Source of the DNA: Chara braunii
Taxonomy: Eukaryota; Plantae; Charophyceae
Reading direction: 5' to 3'
Length of the DNA: 62,995 nt
Assembly (NCBI GenBank): GCA_003427395.1
Contig: BFEA01000019.1
Coordinates: forward strand, 1,591,726 to 1,654,720
Numbering within the stretch: position 1 is the stretch's first letter; each line of letters starts with the position of its first letter. Under the pieces are notes generated by a model, which saw nothing but the letters and a program-made list of their open reading frames with translations, was not told the DNA's origin and did not search any database. Below, piece after piece: positions 24,361 through 37,820 of the stretch. Position numbers and translations under genes: made by a program.

Positions 24361-27300
24361 CCTTCCACTCGCCTCCTTTTCTCCTGACCTCGTCCCCCCC
24401 TTCCTTCTTCCCGTTTTTAGCTCAGGGTATGACTATCGTGAAGAAGGGATCCGAATAGTTGCACCACTCATCCCCCAACAGAACATGTTGAATGCATCTG
24501 GTCAGTGGTCTAAAGATGGATGCACTGCAGGCTTTCTATGGTAAAAATTCAGCTTGGTGGCGTGTTTCTCAAAAAGCAGAATTGGATCTTAGGTCTCTTA
24601 ATGTGAATGGTCTGGCTACAGCAGATGCTGTAAAAAGAAAAGCAATCATAGAGCCATTGAAAGGAGTCGAGGGGAGATCTTGGCCTGATTTAATTTATAT
24701 TCAGGAAACTTTCCTCATGAACACTCCTAAGCATAATAGAGCACACAATCTAACTTCGCCCTATCAGAAATATCAAGCCTATTCCACGGTCAATGGATCG
24801 GCGGGGGTTGCTATTTGGGTACCACCAGATTCAAGGATAGAAATAGTGTACTCTAAAGCTGATCAAGAGCAGGGTAGATGGCTAGTTACGTTGGTAATGT
24901 TGGAAATAGAGTTAATTTGTGTGATCAACATTTATGGTCCTAACACGGCACATGAGCGTCGAGATCTTTTTCAGGAAATTAGGAACCATATCCCTAGACG
25001 GGTACCCATTATCATGGCAGGTGACTTTAATGCGGCACCGGATCGATGGCTAGATAGATGAAAAATTTCGGATCCATGCCCTATATATATAGAGGAAGAT
25101 GAACAAATTATCCAACAGCTAAGTGAATCAGAAAATTTATTTGACTTCTATAGGAGGTTATGCCCTCAGGAACGATCCTATACATGCATACGGAATATTG
25201 GTTCCCCTTACCAGTCAAGATCAAGGATAGATCTGATTCTCATTTCGGAGGATTTAGACGGCGCATTGATGGGAGTGAATATTTTTTCGCAAAGTCCATG
25301 GCTAGGAATGAACCACAAGATGTGTGCAGTGCTACTTTCTTTTAGAAAGAAACCAGATCAGGGTAGGAGCTACATATAGGATGTTTGGCAATTTTGACAC
25401 TCCACTAAGGATAGACATGACTCATATATAGCATGGTTTAATAATGGACTAGTATTCTTCGCTAAAAAGTGTAATAAATATTCTAAGTTAAGGGCCAAGG
25501 AAAGATATAATCAGGAAATGATGATTCAAGAAAAAATTATTCAATACGAACAACAAGACGTTCCAGAACAATCATCTCAACCAGTAGACATTCTAGACCT
25601 CAAGAAACAATTACTTACTTTTGCTCAAAATCGTTGGCAAGGACATATGATCAGAGACAAATTATTTAAACATTTGACGGAAAGATAAATGGACTCATCT
25701 TTTTTTTCTATAGCACGGGCCAGAGCTAGACGTACATCTATTGAAGGACTAAGGGATCCCTTACAAAGTCCTACACAGGAACCTTTCACCTCAGCTAGTA
25801 GTTTGAAAGTGGCATATAATTTTTTCAAAAATCTTTTCATGTCAAGGGTAGATGCAGCAGAATTTAACTCAAATATTCAGGAATTTTTTGCCCCTATAAC
25901 ACAGGAAATAACTCAACAACAAAAGGCCAGACTGGAGGAACCCATCACCAAGGAGGAAATCTGGACGGCGCTCTTACAAATAGACGAGGATAAAACCCCG
26001 GGTTTCGATGGTTTCCCTAAAGAATTTTGGGAGACAATGTGACCGCATTTTTCCGAGGACCTAATGAAATTCTATACGCAGGTCCATAAATCAGGATGCA
26101 TGGGAGAAATTGTCGGACAAGGGTTACTTACCCTATCATACAAAAAAGGAGATAAAACAAATATAAAGAACTGTAGGCCAATTACCTTACTTACTGTTGT
26201 ATACAAGATGCTTGCCAAGGCTATTGCTAACAGGTTCATCCCATTAATGCCGGATATTATTCACCCTTCACAAACAGGGTTCGTTAAAGATAGGAATATA
26301 CATGATAATATCCTACTCATCAATGAAATAATTAAATTATCTCGTCAAAATCATCAGAATGCAGCCTTTGTATTCATAGATTTCGAGAAGGCGTATGATC
26401 ATATGGATTGGAGGTTTTTGGATGCATGTCTGGAAAAAATGAATTTCGGTCCAACAATTCGTAAATGGATTACTATACTGCATTCGAATGCTACCACAAG
26501 GGTTCAGGTCAATGGTCTACTTTCACCAGAAATACATCTCAAAAGATCAGTAAGACAAGGAGATCCTTTAGCCCCTTTTCTTTTTGTAATTATAATGGAT
26601 GCATTAGGAACTAATCTCAGAGTAAATAAGAACATTAGAAGGCTTCACATTTCAGGAATTCCAGAGGAAGCTATACCAATCTGCTCTATGTTTGTAGATG
26701 ATCGAACCATAATGATGGAAGCATCGCAGAAAAACATGGAGGAAATAAAAGCATTGATGGATAAGTTCTCCCTTCTGTTGGATATGGAAGTTAAATGGGG
26801 AAGTAAAACTCAAGGTTGGTGGATTCATTCTCAAGGAGATAGGTCGCCAGAAAATCCTAAGGTAAAGTGGATGGCATTAGAGGCACCTATCAGAGTATTG
26901 GGGATGATGCTCACACTAAAATGGAAACCAATTTCTAATGAAGTATGAATCACTTCTCCAGCATTACAGAAAATGAAGCAATGGAAAAACTTACATACTT
27001 CCCTTTTCGGCAGGGCTTTGGTTATTAACAACGTAATCCTTGCGTCTATTTGGTACAAGTCCGCCTTATGGGCACTGAACAAGAAATCAACCAAGGAACT
27101 TCGGGGGCAGCTCACAGCCTTCTTATGGCAAGGTAACCACGAGACATCTCATGTAATCCCCAGAGTAGCATGGCAGGTTCTCATACAACCAAAAGCCAAG
27201 GGGGGTTTAGGCATTTTGGATCCAATGATCCAATGCCAAACTTTGGTTCTTCAAAGGATTATACATTTAATTTTTGCTACCGACCTCCCTTGGCAATCTT

Positions 27301-28888
27301 TGGCTCTGGAACAAATACGCAGATTGGCTCCACAAACCACAAACAATGCAAAATCCACTAACTTGGGTGGAGGATAGGTATTGGGCTATTCCCCGACCTA
27401 AGGCACACTGTTAAAGAGGGGGAGAGGATAGAGGTTCGGAGAGATCTAGTGTTAGACGTTTTTTTGGTAAATTTATTGAAAATATGGCGCAAGTTACCTA
27501 TACCTAACAGATCACTCCCTTCTAGGTACGAGGAAGTACTTAGACAACCAATTTTTGAAAACAAATGGATCTCAGATGCACAAGGTAGGGTGTTCATAAG
27601 TTCTACATCCTCGTGGTCCATCTGGGTTAAACATGGTATAATTAGGATTAAAGACTTGTGGAATTCAGAAAACAAGAGTTGGAAATCAGTAGATCAACTA
27701 AGAAAGGAAATTAAGTATGCACATCATTTAGAGGAGAATCTTGAAATCATCACGTCATCTATCCCTTTGGCCTGGTTAGCCACACTGAAAAAGGGGTCCG
27801 TCTTTTTGGTTGGTGACTGGGTATGTGCGCATCTGACGGAAGGTTCCAAGGTAGTAGGACAAATTTTAGATATCCATATAGATGGGGCCTTAATAAATGT
27901 CTTTGCATTTCATAGGGACTACACAATGGCACAACACAGTCAAGACAAAGTAATGTTCTTTAATTTTTAATCCTTATATAGAGTAAGGGCTTTGTATAGT
28001 ACGACTTCCAACGCATGAAAAGGTTTTTGCCCAAATATTCTTATACCTGATCTTCCTTTGGATCCTGCGGAATGGACCTGGCGTGCCAATAGAAGATGCA
28101 AGGCGCAGAGGTTGCAATCTCTATCAGTCAAGGCTTCATATCGATTATTACATCCTAGAATAGATGTTCTGGCGGTCTTACAGGAGCGGTGCGCTCGACA
28201 TCTGAATGTTTATATGGATTTGTTTAGTACAGTCAAGTGGTGTCAAGGTTTCACGGAAAGACCTTCTAAGTTTGCCTCATTACAGTGGCAGATTGCACAT
28301 ACGTGTCTGCCAACAAACGACTGGTTGATTGATCATTCCACGTTGGAGCAGAGGGGGGTGGCTCTGCCATGGTGTGACATGTGTGTGGAGGTTTTTCCCA
28401 GTAGAAAGATAAAAGAAACAATTGAGCACATCGTTTTACAATGTCCAGGGGCAAAATTGTTGTGGAGACGATGGGACTATGTATGGAATAGATTTACGGG
28501 TATCGATTGGCCATGGGATTGGAGGGCGATTCTCTTGGGACATTGGTACCCTGTTCTCACTTCTTTATCGAATTTTCAGCAGAACCTGTATAGCATAGGT
28601 AGGAAATCTATGCTATGGGTACTATGGTATAGAAGATGTGTTTTCACAATAGAAAAGGTTAAGATTGATGGCAGAGAATTGTCGGAACTAGTACAGCAAA
28701 TGGTGGAAACAGAGGTAAGATACCAATGGGAAAAAACTAAAGAAAGAATCAATATGTTGCAACATAAAACAGGAAATAAAGAAGAAAATACTCAATTTCA
28801 CTAAGGACTGGATGAGTGATTCTCCAAGAGGGAAACTGGGAAAGGTAGAATGGTCAGGAGGGGAGGAGGATGGGGAAAACATCAAGAG

Positions 28889-28926
28889 CTGTCTCTTATA
28901 CACATCTAGATGTGTATAAGAGACAG
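28889..28926. other. Nextera mate-pair junction adapter (artefact)
   Basis: Exact CTGTCTCTTATACACATCT+AGATGTGTATAAGAGACAG, followed by a duplicate of ~28822-28888. Confidence 0.98.
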
Positions 28927-29386
28927 CTCCAAGAGGGAAACTGGGAAAGGTAGAATGGTCAGGAGGGGAGGAGGATGGGGAAAACATCAAGAGGGATTAT
29001 AAGATTATATTCCATGATTGGTTCGATGTCCAGCCACGCGCAATATTAAGACCTCCAGAATCTTTTCCGGATCCTTTCCCCCCTTCGGACCTGGCATTGG
29101 TGGATCTGCAGTGGTATGGGGGGGGGGTGGAATAATGGCAGGGAAAATCATTCACTATGGTTATTTGGATATGAAAGAGGGATTAGTTGCTATTTGGATA
29201 TGTCACAGGGGGATGAGTTGCTAGTAGAAATTGATTTTTTCTGGCGGCCCTATGGGGCTGAAGAGTTAGCTCTCCTTCAGATTATTGGAGTTCTCTATAT
29301 CATGTTCCAGATATATTATGTAAGAGGTAGCTCTCCTTCAGATTATTAAAGTTCTCGGTATCATGTTCCAGAAATATTATGTAAGA

Positions 29387-29441
29387 GGGACGCTGGACCC
29401 GGTTTCCAGCAGGTGCAGCTCCCCACCAAAAGAATGGAGCC
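29387..29441 (+). repeat. Structured LINE-tail motif, copy 3 (3' end of LINE B)
   Basis: GGGACGCTGGACCCGGTTTCCAGCAGGTGCAGCTCCCCACCAAAAGAATGGAGC just before poly(A). Confidence 0.85.
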
Positions 29442-29474
<33 letters not shown>

Positions 29475-29500
29475 GGCACTGGCCTACTAGGCTAAGTTGA

Positions 29501-30026
29501 GGGCATGCTCACACCACCACGTATTTTCGCAAATTTTACGGGTCCCAATTTGCGATTATACGTCATCATGATGTCCTGGTCACACACCACACCCCTAGTC
29601 ACCACAAAACAGAAAAGACACTCTAGCGACCAGATCTCCAACTCCAAATGTGAAAATAGGGTCACACAGGGCAACAAAAAAAAAAAAGACTTTCCCCTTG
29701 CTCCCCCCCCTCCCCCTCCCCCCCCCCTTTTCTCCTCTTTCCTGAGTCCTCACGCACATATTTTTGCAAAATAGAATTGTACAACCCTGCACACCACAAA
29801 TTTTTGTTTTTGTTTCCAAAAAGAAACAGCAGAAATAGAAATACGTTTTGTGGGGACCTCTAGAGGTAAAGGTCCCCGCAAAGTAGGTTACCCTGCGGCT
29901 GTCCAGGCCGGTGACATATATTACGTGACCTTTAGCGCGATAATGCAAAATATGTGCCCCTTGTAACCCAAAAAATCACGTCTAATTTGCGATTTTGCGA
30001 AAATAGATGATAGTGTGAGTATGCCC
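29501..30026. mobile_element. Harbinger-like MITE
   Basis: TIR GGGCATGCTCACAC..TATTTTCGCAAA / TTTGCGAAAATA..GTGTGAGTATGCCC; TSD TGA. An extra right end + TGA occurs at 31339-31355. Confidence 0.85.
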
Positions 30027-30039
30027 TGAGTAACAGGAC

Positions 30040-30122
30040 TTCCGGGTAGAATTGTGAGGTCCCCTGCCTCCTCCATTGTCTGCAATATATGAAATTTATT
30101 CGAAAATAAAAATAAAAATAAA
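30040..30122 (+). mobile_element. Severely truncated 3' tail of the LINE A family
   Basis: CCGGGTAGAATTGTGAGGTCCCCTGCCTC matches the reverse complement of ~17872-17900; followed by an (AAAAT)-type A-rich tail. Confidence 0.75.
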
Positions 30123-31244
30123 TGGGGACAGAGTGTGTCCGGCCCTACATCGGGCCTTTGCATTTTCTCAAAAAAGGGTAGTATGGGATATAACGGACCT
30201 CAACACACCACCTCTGACTTGGAGAAAAAGGCTCATTTTTGGGAGTGCGTCATAGGGGCTCACCACACCTATCCCAAAAACGGGAAAATGTTCAGGAGCG
30301 CTCTCGAACGCGGGAACTTGAAGTCGAGAAAAAAACGGTTCGAGAGGCCTCATCGCCGCACTGCGCTCTCGAAGGGGGCACTCTCCAATGTGTCAGAAAA
30401 GACCAGGCCTTTTTGGAGAGTGCAGTGTGGCAGTGCGGCCTCTCCCGAAACTTTCATTGCGGCTGGGAAGAGGGAAATCAATGGTGTCGCGTCGCGCATG
30501 GGACATGATGCTTGGGCCCACCCAGGGTCCGGAAAGACCTCACGGTTCGAAAGTTCTCTCGAACCACGCACCACAAAACGCTGGCCGCAGACGGTCGTCC
30601 GTCATGGCACAATCTCCAAATTTGGGCCTAATTCGGAGGTGCCTTCGACCACTCTCGAAAGTGGCCACTTTGCACGCCGGGCAAGGACCACAGTTCGCGA
30701 GCACTCTTGAAACCCGCGTTCTGGCCGCTCTCAAATTTTTTTCTGACACCGATTTTTGAGAGTTGGTATGGCGATGCGTTTCCTCTTCAAATCGGTGTTT
30801 TCGGGACAGGTGTGGCAATGCCCATAGCCACACCAACTTCCGACTTGGAGCTGTCAGAATGCATTCGAGAGCAGTTTGAAAGTGGCCTTCGAGAGCACTC
30901 CCGAAATCACTTCGGACTCCCGCCTGGCCATTTTCGGAAGACCTCGCGCGGAGGCCCAATTTTGATCAGAAAACTCGTGAGGAGATCACAGCCGACAAGT
31001 GGTCTCCAAGCGGTCTCCTCACAGTTTTCGTCGGCACATGCTGGACAGCGCTTGAGACTGCTGTCAAATGCCCTCGCCACTGCCTCCAACTCCGACAGCA
31101 CCCCAAGTTGGGAGTGCAATGTGGCGAAGCGCACTCCCAAATGCATTTTCGCGTCTTCTGACCATCGTGAGTAGTCCCGAATTTTTTCTCTAAGTTGGGA
31201 GCAGTGGGGTGAGTCCCAAAATATGGTACTATGGGATAGTATTG

Positions 31245-31312
31245 TGCCCCACCAATAGATGGAGCCTCCCCGATGGTGCTAGTGGTGTCTGCTCTTATCA
31301 GCACCCCTAGCA
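31245..31312 (+). repeat. Structured LINE-tail motif, copy 4 (3' part plus hairpin, then A-rich tail)
   Basis: CCCCACCAATAGATGGAGC..GCTAGTGGTGTCTGCTCTTATCAGCACCCCTAGC. Confidence 0.8.
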
Positions 31313-31405
31313 GCCGCTCAAAAATAAAAAATAAAATAGTGTGAGCGTGCCCTGAGCTAGGCCGATGATGTTATCAATTCGCGGAGCCTGAGAATTTCTT
31401 TTTCA

Positions 31406-31850
31406 GGGCATACTCACAGTAGGGTTTTTTTTAGCAAAATCGCAAAATCTGCTACAGTATTGCAGTCACAAAATGCCCCCGCCCCCAGCAAAATGACAAA
31501 CAGTGTAGTATATGCAAGCGGCCTGCTGGGCCACGGAATTCAGCAATTTGTCTAGAGGTCCTCACAAATTCGCATTTGCTTTTCTGGATTAAAAACAAAG
31601 AAAGAAGAAAACCTCAGCGCGCGAGAAAATGCAATTGCTGGCGTACTAAAGTCCAGAAGAAAAAAAGGTCGCCATCTGCTATCAGTTGTGTGACCACTTA
31701 AATAGCAGATGGAGCAATTTTCATCAAGTCTCGGCCATGTCTCATTCAAAAGGGCCACCGTGTGTGAGTCTGTGGCACACCTAATTCTCAAAATTGCGGA
31801 AGCAAAAATTGCAGATTTTGCGATTTTGCTTACTGTGTGCGAGTATGCCC
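31406..31850. mobile_element. Harbinger-like MITE related to 29501-30026
   Basis: TIR GGGCATACTCACA / TGCGAGTATGCCC; TSD TCA. Confidence 0.85.
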
Positions 31851-32570
31851 TCACACGGGGACCTGTATTCCCAAAATCCCAAAAAAAACGGGAAAAGGCC
31901 GGTCACACGGATCTGTCAAAATTGCAAATGACAAATGTACTATTCCTGTGCCCATTTGTCAGCGGCCTGGGAAGTCGCGGGGCAAGGGATTTGCGGTCTT
32001 GTCTGGAGGTGATCGCAAATGCCCTTTTGTTTTTGCATTTTCTTTAAAAATTGGCAAAAATTCGTTCACAAAAGTTCTTGCACAATTTGTGGATGGTGCC
32101 CTGTGACAAGCCAACTCCCAAATCCCCATTTCTCCAGACGTCTGTGACCTTGTCCCATATGAAAGGTACTGTAACAGCAATGTTCCGTGAACCATGCCCC
32201 AAACCTCAAATAGGCCATTCCCAAATCCACTTTTTTTGCGGATTTGGGGTCGCCGTGTGAGTATGGACCTCGTTCCACTACTCGCCATCTGCCACGCATG
32301 GCGGATACAACTTCGTTCCACTGTGTTGCCAATAGCCACAAAATGGACGCTGTCATAATTTCGGTCTGAAATCGCTTGCCGATGGGTTGCCAGGCCTTCC
32401 ATTTCCCTTGCCTGCAACGGCCCTTCATGGAGGGGGCTACTCCTCACCCCTCTGCAAAATGCTTCGTGTGGCGATTGGCCCTGACACCGCGGCCCTGACA
32501 GTCGACCTGCATTGTCCCGTAGTGTTGGTGAGTTTTTGCTCCACCTGGAATGATTTTCTGTCCCGAGTAC

Positions 32571-33014
32571 GGGCCTCGCCACACCACTCTTGAAAACTCT
32601 TTTTCAAGAATTGTTGCATCGCCACACAGCCTCTTGACACTTGGGGCAGTCAAGAGCTGTCAGAGTGGCAGCCTCTTGAAACCCTTTCAAGAGCAGCTCT
32701 GGAACGATGGGAAACCCTAGCCTGCAATGCATGCGTTTCCAAGCGTCCTTGGCCGAACCCTTGACGGACTTTCGATTTTCAAGAGTTCTCAGGATAACGA
32801 TGGACTTCCGATTTTCAAGAGTTGTCAGGCCGTTATCCTGACGCCATGTGAAAACAAAGCTGTATGACTGTCATTTTTCATCCTGTGTCCAACGGCATCG
32901 CCCTTTCAAGAGTGTTGTGTGGCGAGGGGCCGAAAACACTTGAAAACCAATTCTTGAGAACGTCTGACAGCTCTTGACATATTTCCCCGTTTCAAGAGTG
33001 GTGTGGCGAGGCCC
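32571..33014. mobile_element. Harbinger-like MITE
   Basis: 25-bp perfect TIR GGGCCTCGCCACACCACTCTTGAAA; TSD TAC; internal TCTTGA/TCAAGA repeats. Confidence 0.92.
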
Positions 33015-33625
33015 TACATGGTGAAGAGGGTGCGGCCGAACACCGCCACCGTTCCATTAGCCCGCCATCCGCCACAATCCGGCGTGCAGGCCAGGACAGC
33101 AACCACAGCGGGGCGTGCTGGCCAGGACAGCAACCACAGCGCACGTGGAACCAGAACGCACGAGGCGGCGATGTAATGGAACCAAGGGCAAGGGCCGTTT
33201 TCCGCCAGAAAAATGTACTTTTCAACCTCGCCAAGTCTGGCCACTGTTTGCGTCGGATGGAGAGTAGTGGAACGAGGCCCTATGCCCTCAGAAATGGGAG
33301 ACACGAAACAAAGGTTGTGAGCACCTACGAAGATGCTCACAAATCGGCCATTCCATTCTCCTCATAGCCTTCTTCTGTCCCCATATCCTTCACTCTTACT
33401 TCCTTCTCTTCCTTAGGTAATGATCCCCTTGTTGCAAGAACATTAATCTGATTTTGATCCCCCCCCCCCTTCCTCTTCATTTCCTTCATCTTCCCTCATC
33501 TCTCCTTCTCCCATCAAAACGCTCTCCCCTTGTGCAGGTTCCCCTTCCTTTGGAGAAGAAGGAGGTTGGAACAAACTGGTTACAATATTTATGATTCTCA
33601 AGCTTACCTTGGACCATAGAACACC

Positions 33626-35293
33626 CTAAGGCAGCCCCTGTTGTAATACGGTTTTCAAACTGTGACTGCTGGTTAATAAATTCACCAACTGAACATAAGA
33701 ATTATCCCAAAATTCCTCTGTAGCTTCTCCAAAACGCTTCTTTAAATTATGCAACACCCACTCAGCTAACTGTTTTATCGTTTGATCCTCCGAAATGTCC
33801 GGTTGAGGTTGAGAGGATGTGTCTTCCATCTCAAAATCTTCCGCTGAGGAGTCTACATCCATTGGTTCAGGACCAAAGGCCTTTTGAAGTGGATCGGAGG
33901 ATAATATTTCCGGTCCGTCCCCTACTACCACAGATACCCCCTCCTTTTCCACCTGCAGATCCCCTGTCTGTTCTCTTACTTTGTCTTTCCCGACTGATGA
34001 TTCATGCTCAGGTTGTATTGACTCAACTTGGGCCTCCTTCATAGGAGAATCCTTATCATTGATGAGGATTACCTCCTTGTGTGGACTGGTTAGCTGTTTT
34101 ATTTTTCTTTTTTTTCCTTTCTTTTTTAACTGAACCTGTCCTTCCTCTGATATCTCATCTTCTCTCCCTTTTTCCTCGCTTTCTGAGTCAGACTCTTCCC
34201 CACTAAGGTGCCCTGCATTATCTTCTTTTTCTTTTATCTGCAAATATTCAGCCGGCTGCGGTCCCGGGAGAACTTCCACTTTTTTATTGCTGACCGGAAC
34301 CCACTGCTGATGACTTGTTACACTACTACCCCTCTCCCTCTGCCCAGGAACCCCCTTCCCCCCCATTTGTTTCTCCTGGGCTTCAGACGTAGAGGCCTGT
34401 GTGATATCTGACTGTATCAAATGCGTCGGGTGGATGATCTTTGTTGGCTGTGTGACCGCCGTAGTTGCCTTAACTTCAGGGGGAGCCCAAGTGTCAGGGG
34501 GTTTGGTCTCCCAATCGGGATCTCCCTCCCTTTCCCAAGTCCACCCCTTATTCATTTCCCCCTTCTTAGCGTTCTCCACATACACCCACCCTTCGTGTCC
34601 AGAATCAACAGTCCTCCACAAATTGACTTTGAAAGGATCTCTAATTAGCCTATCTGTTGCCCTATTTTTTCTTCCTGAATTTTGTGCATAGTTTGGGTCC
34701 GTACTTAAGTGCCCGTATGCTTTGCATCTAAAACACCATGGTCTTAGTTTGTGTGCTGTGTGGATACGATATTCCCTTCCCTCTACCCTATATGGAATGA
34801 CATCATCCATCTGAAAAGGCACCGTGGTTGGATGATTAAGAGCCAACATTAAATGGTCATCCCTCCTTGTTGCGTATGCGGGAAGAGGGTCAATAAAGTC
34901 CACAATCTCATGATTTGTTCCGAAATCATGAATAAACGCCGCCTGGATTTCTATTGGTATGTGTCTAAATTCTACCCAATAGAAATCGTCCATCATCTGA
35001 TTTCTTTTCTCATCTGGTCCCTGTTTAGGTGGCGTCCATGGATAGATGCGTACCTCTGATCGGTCACATCTCAATTTTCTCCAAGATTCAATCATGCATT
35101 TGCCATTCGTATGCAAACATAAAATAGTATACATAGTTGCAGAAACTGACAGAATAAGAAAATCCTCACTCACTGCCTCATAGCTTCCCTTGTAGGCTGT
35201 CAGCCTTTTGATTATCCACTTAATCTTGTCATTTGTGGATTTGTAAGCATCGTCATCATGGAAGACCCAGTTGTTTCCATGTGTAGAGTACAC
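33626..35293 (-). pseudogene. L1-type ORF1 (gag-like) remnant; upstream pieces extend to ~36360
   Basis: 555-aa ORF with WVEFRHIP segment and knuckle CFRCKAYGH (last Cys absent), followed by an acidic/basic low-complexity tail. Confidence 0.75.
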
Positions 35294-37820
35294 ATTATCT
35301 CTTTCTGCCAGTTTCTGAACTGGGAACGTTTTAATTAAAAAAAAAAATTCCGGCTGTTTCTATCACCCTGCTTTTGGATGGAATTAAAAATTTTGATAAG
35401 AAATAAGCTTTTGTCGTGGTCAAGTTCCTCATAGGAATTTTCAGTGACTGTGCTTGAGCCCCTTGTCTCAGAATTTCCAATTATTTTGAATGGAAAGGCC
35501 CCTTGACTCTCTGCAACCACGGCGAAGGAGCTATTGCTGACTGTGAAGTCTGTCTCTCATTGATCGGTTTTGTTCCTGGTAGGGCCGACCATTCCTCTTG
35601 CCTGTCCTCCTTCTCTTCTTTCCCCCCCTTTCCTTCTTCCAACCTTCCTTCTCCCTTTCCACCTTCTTCTCCTCCTTCCCCCTCCTACCACCTTCCTACC
35701 CTTCCATCCTGTTTCCACCTCTTACAAATCCTCCTCTTTCACCTTCCTTTCTTACCTCCTTTCCTCTTCTTAGTTCCCCCTCCCTTCTTCCTTTGCATCC
35801 CTGCAATAACCTCTGGAGTGACCCTGATTGCATAGCCACTCCTCCTTTTTTCCCAAAGGAACTCTGCTTCTGTCATAAAACTGTTTTGGCAGTCCATCAT
35901 CTGAGTGTCCAGGACTTCCTCAGTCCTATTTGAGTGCTTTTCTGCACCTTTCCCATTTTCGGATTCATTCTCTTCCCCTATCAACGTTTGTCCCTGATTA
36001 CTGGTGGTAAATAAAGGATTGAGAATCATCACCCCTCCTTGTGCTTCTTCGTTAATGTGTGGAGAAGGTATGTTGTTGGGTATAGAAGTGAAAATTGACG
36101 GTCCCCTTTCCTTATTTACCACTTCTTTCTGTTTAGTTATTTCAAATTCAATACTCCCAATATCTCCTCCTTCTCTTCTTTCCTTTGCAGTGAGAACTTC
36201 CCCTTCCAATGAAGATGAATTTTTTTTTTTTCCGATATGATTCTTGTCCAATTTCTGACTTGCAGCCAACACTGTTCTCACTGGAGTATGAATCTGTCGT
36301 GATGCCATCTGCCTCATAGCCCCTCTAATCATCAAGGTTAAATCCATCATCTTATGACTACGCTGAAGATGTATAATTCTTGGCTTTTTTTTTTTTTTTT
36401 TTTTTTTTTTNTTTTTTTTAAACAACCAACTACTGCACAGTTATTTTGAACAATTCCTTAAAGTTCCTTCAATCGCCTTTCCTTTTTCTCTTCTTTTTCA
36501 GCGATTGATCATTAATTATTTACTTTAATCTCCTTCAATTACTTTTTCTTCTTTTCATTTCTTTTTCAGCGATTGATCATTAATTATTTATTTTAATTCA
36601 CCAAGGACTGGCTAGATCCCCTTCAGAGAAAGATCGGTAGAATAATGGGCAGGTTAAAGGGCGGGAGTGAAATGAGGAATAAACATCACCGCTGATATTT
36701 TTCCCGCCCTTCTTTCCACATCGTTCTTTCTGTAGTATCTCGTTTTCTTTATTTCTCCATAGTTAGGCCGCTCGGCGAATCACACTTGGCTGGACAAACT
36801 GCCCCTGACTGATCACCTCAGTCGGCTTGATTCCACCGACTTCAATCCCTCCTTCGTAATAACTCTTCCCTCCACCTTCCTTCCACTTGCTCTTCTCCCT
36901 CTTCAATAATATCACCTCCTCCCTCTACCCTCCTTTAACCGGTTCTTCCTCGTCACCACTTGTGATGTCAATCAAAAGACAACCCTCCTGCTTCCTGTAT
37001 CTCCCCTATTGAATCACGCTTCTGAATGCTGCTGACTGAACAGACGATGCCCCTGCCTTAACATACAATAAATCATATTAGTCTGTTCAACTTCATTAGT
37101 TTCACTCTCTCCTCTTTTAGGATCGCTTCCCCCCCTACTCTCTACCTACCCCACTCCCTATTCCACTCTCTCCTTTGTGTTCTCCCTTCCCCTTCCCTTT
37201 ACCGATGCTCAAAGTGTGTATCGCCTTAGTGGTGTAAATTTTTACAGTCAATGTAAAAATTATGACAATGACTCACTCTCTCTCTCCACGTTCTCGCAAC
37301 ATGGACGCTGGTTGTACAACCTCTAACGCTTAATATTTACTGATCTCATCATCAATGCCGCGCTCTCTCTCCACAATCTCTCATCACAGGCGCTGGCTCA
37401 ACCTGAAACCCGACGCTTGCATTGATTCCTCCAACTTTCATATATTATCGCTTCACTTGAAGCGTATCCTATACTGACGCTGGCGCCTCACCCACACATT
37501 GATTCTCAAAACTTCTTACTACCTTCAAATCTCCGCCTCAGCATTGCTACCTTACTTCCTTTTCTTCTTCATATAACCCGCCTTGCGAAATGAAGTATCA
37601 CTGAAACCGTCTTCATTACTTTACACATACCTTTGTTCCGTGATTACCACATTGGCACTGGTTCTTCCATCCTTACTGGGGCTGATCATAGCTGACTCAT
37701 ACCTTCTTTTCATACTTGACCGCACCTTTCAGATCTTTCGTTGACCTTGCAGTATTCCCAGCGCTGTTCAGACTTTGTTTCTATCTCTCATTCGTTCACC
37801 ATTCCACTCATCATTGGTAT

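Larger units (their letters stand above)
17813..24390 (-). mobile_element. LINE A: L1/Tx1-clade retrotransposon, 5'-truncated, poly(A) tail at 17813-17838
   Basis: ORF1 remnant, overlapping ORF2, 3' UTR and terminal T-run on the plus strand. Confidence 0.9.
24420..29474 (+). mobile_element. LINE B: L1/Tx1-clade, decayed ORF2 (~24580-28900), 3' UTR and poly(A)
   Basis: SLNVNGL, IQET, NIYGP, GDFN; KTPGFDG, RPITLL, DFEKAYD, QGDPLAPFLF, FVDD; GGLGILDP; CDMC..HIVLQC; A-run 29450-29474. Confidence 0.95.

Noticed and set aside
28889-28926. Tn5 mosaic ends as a real bacterial transposon or HGT
   Set aside because: The back-to-back arrangement is exactly the Nextera mate-pair junction.
31282-31301. 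Similarity of GTGGTGTCTGCTCTTATCAG to U2 snRNA GTAGTATCTGTTCTTATCAG
   Set aside because: Only 20 nt, the flanks do not follow U2, and the bases are explained by the motif's own hairpin.
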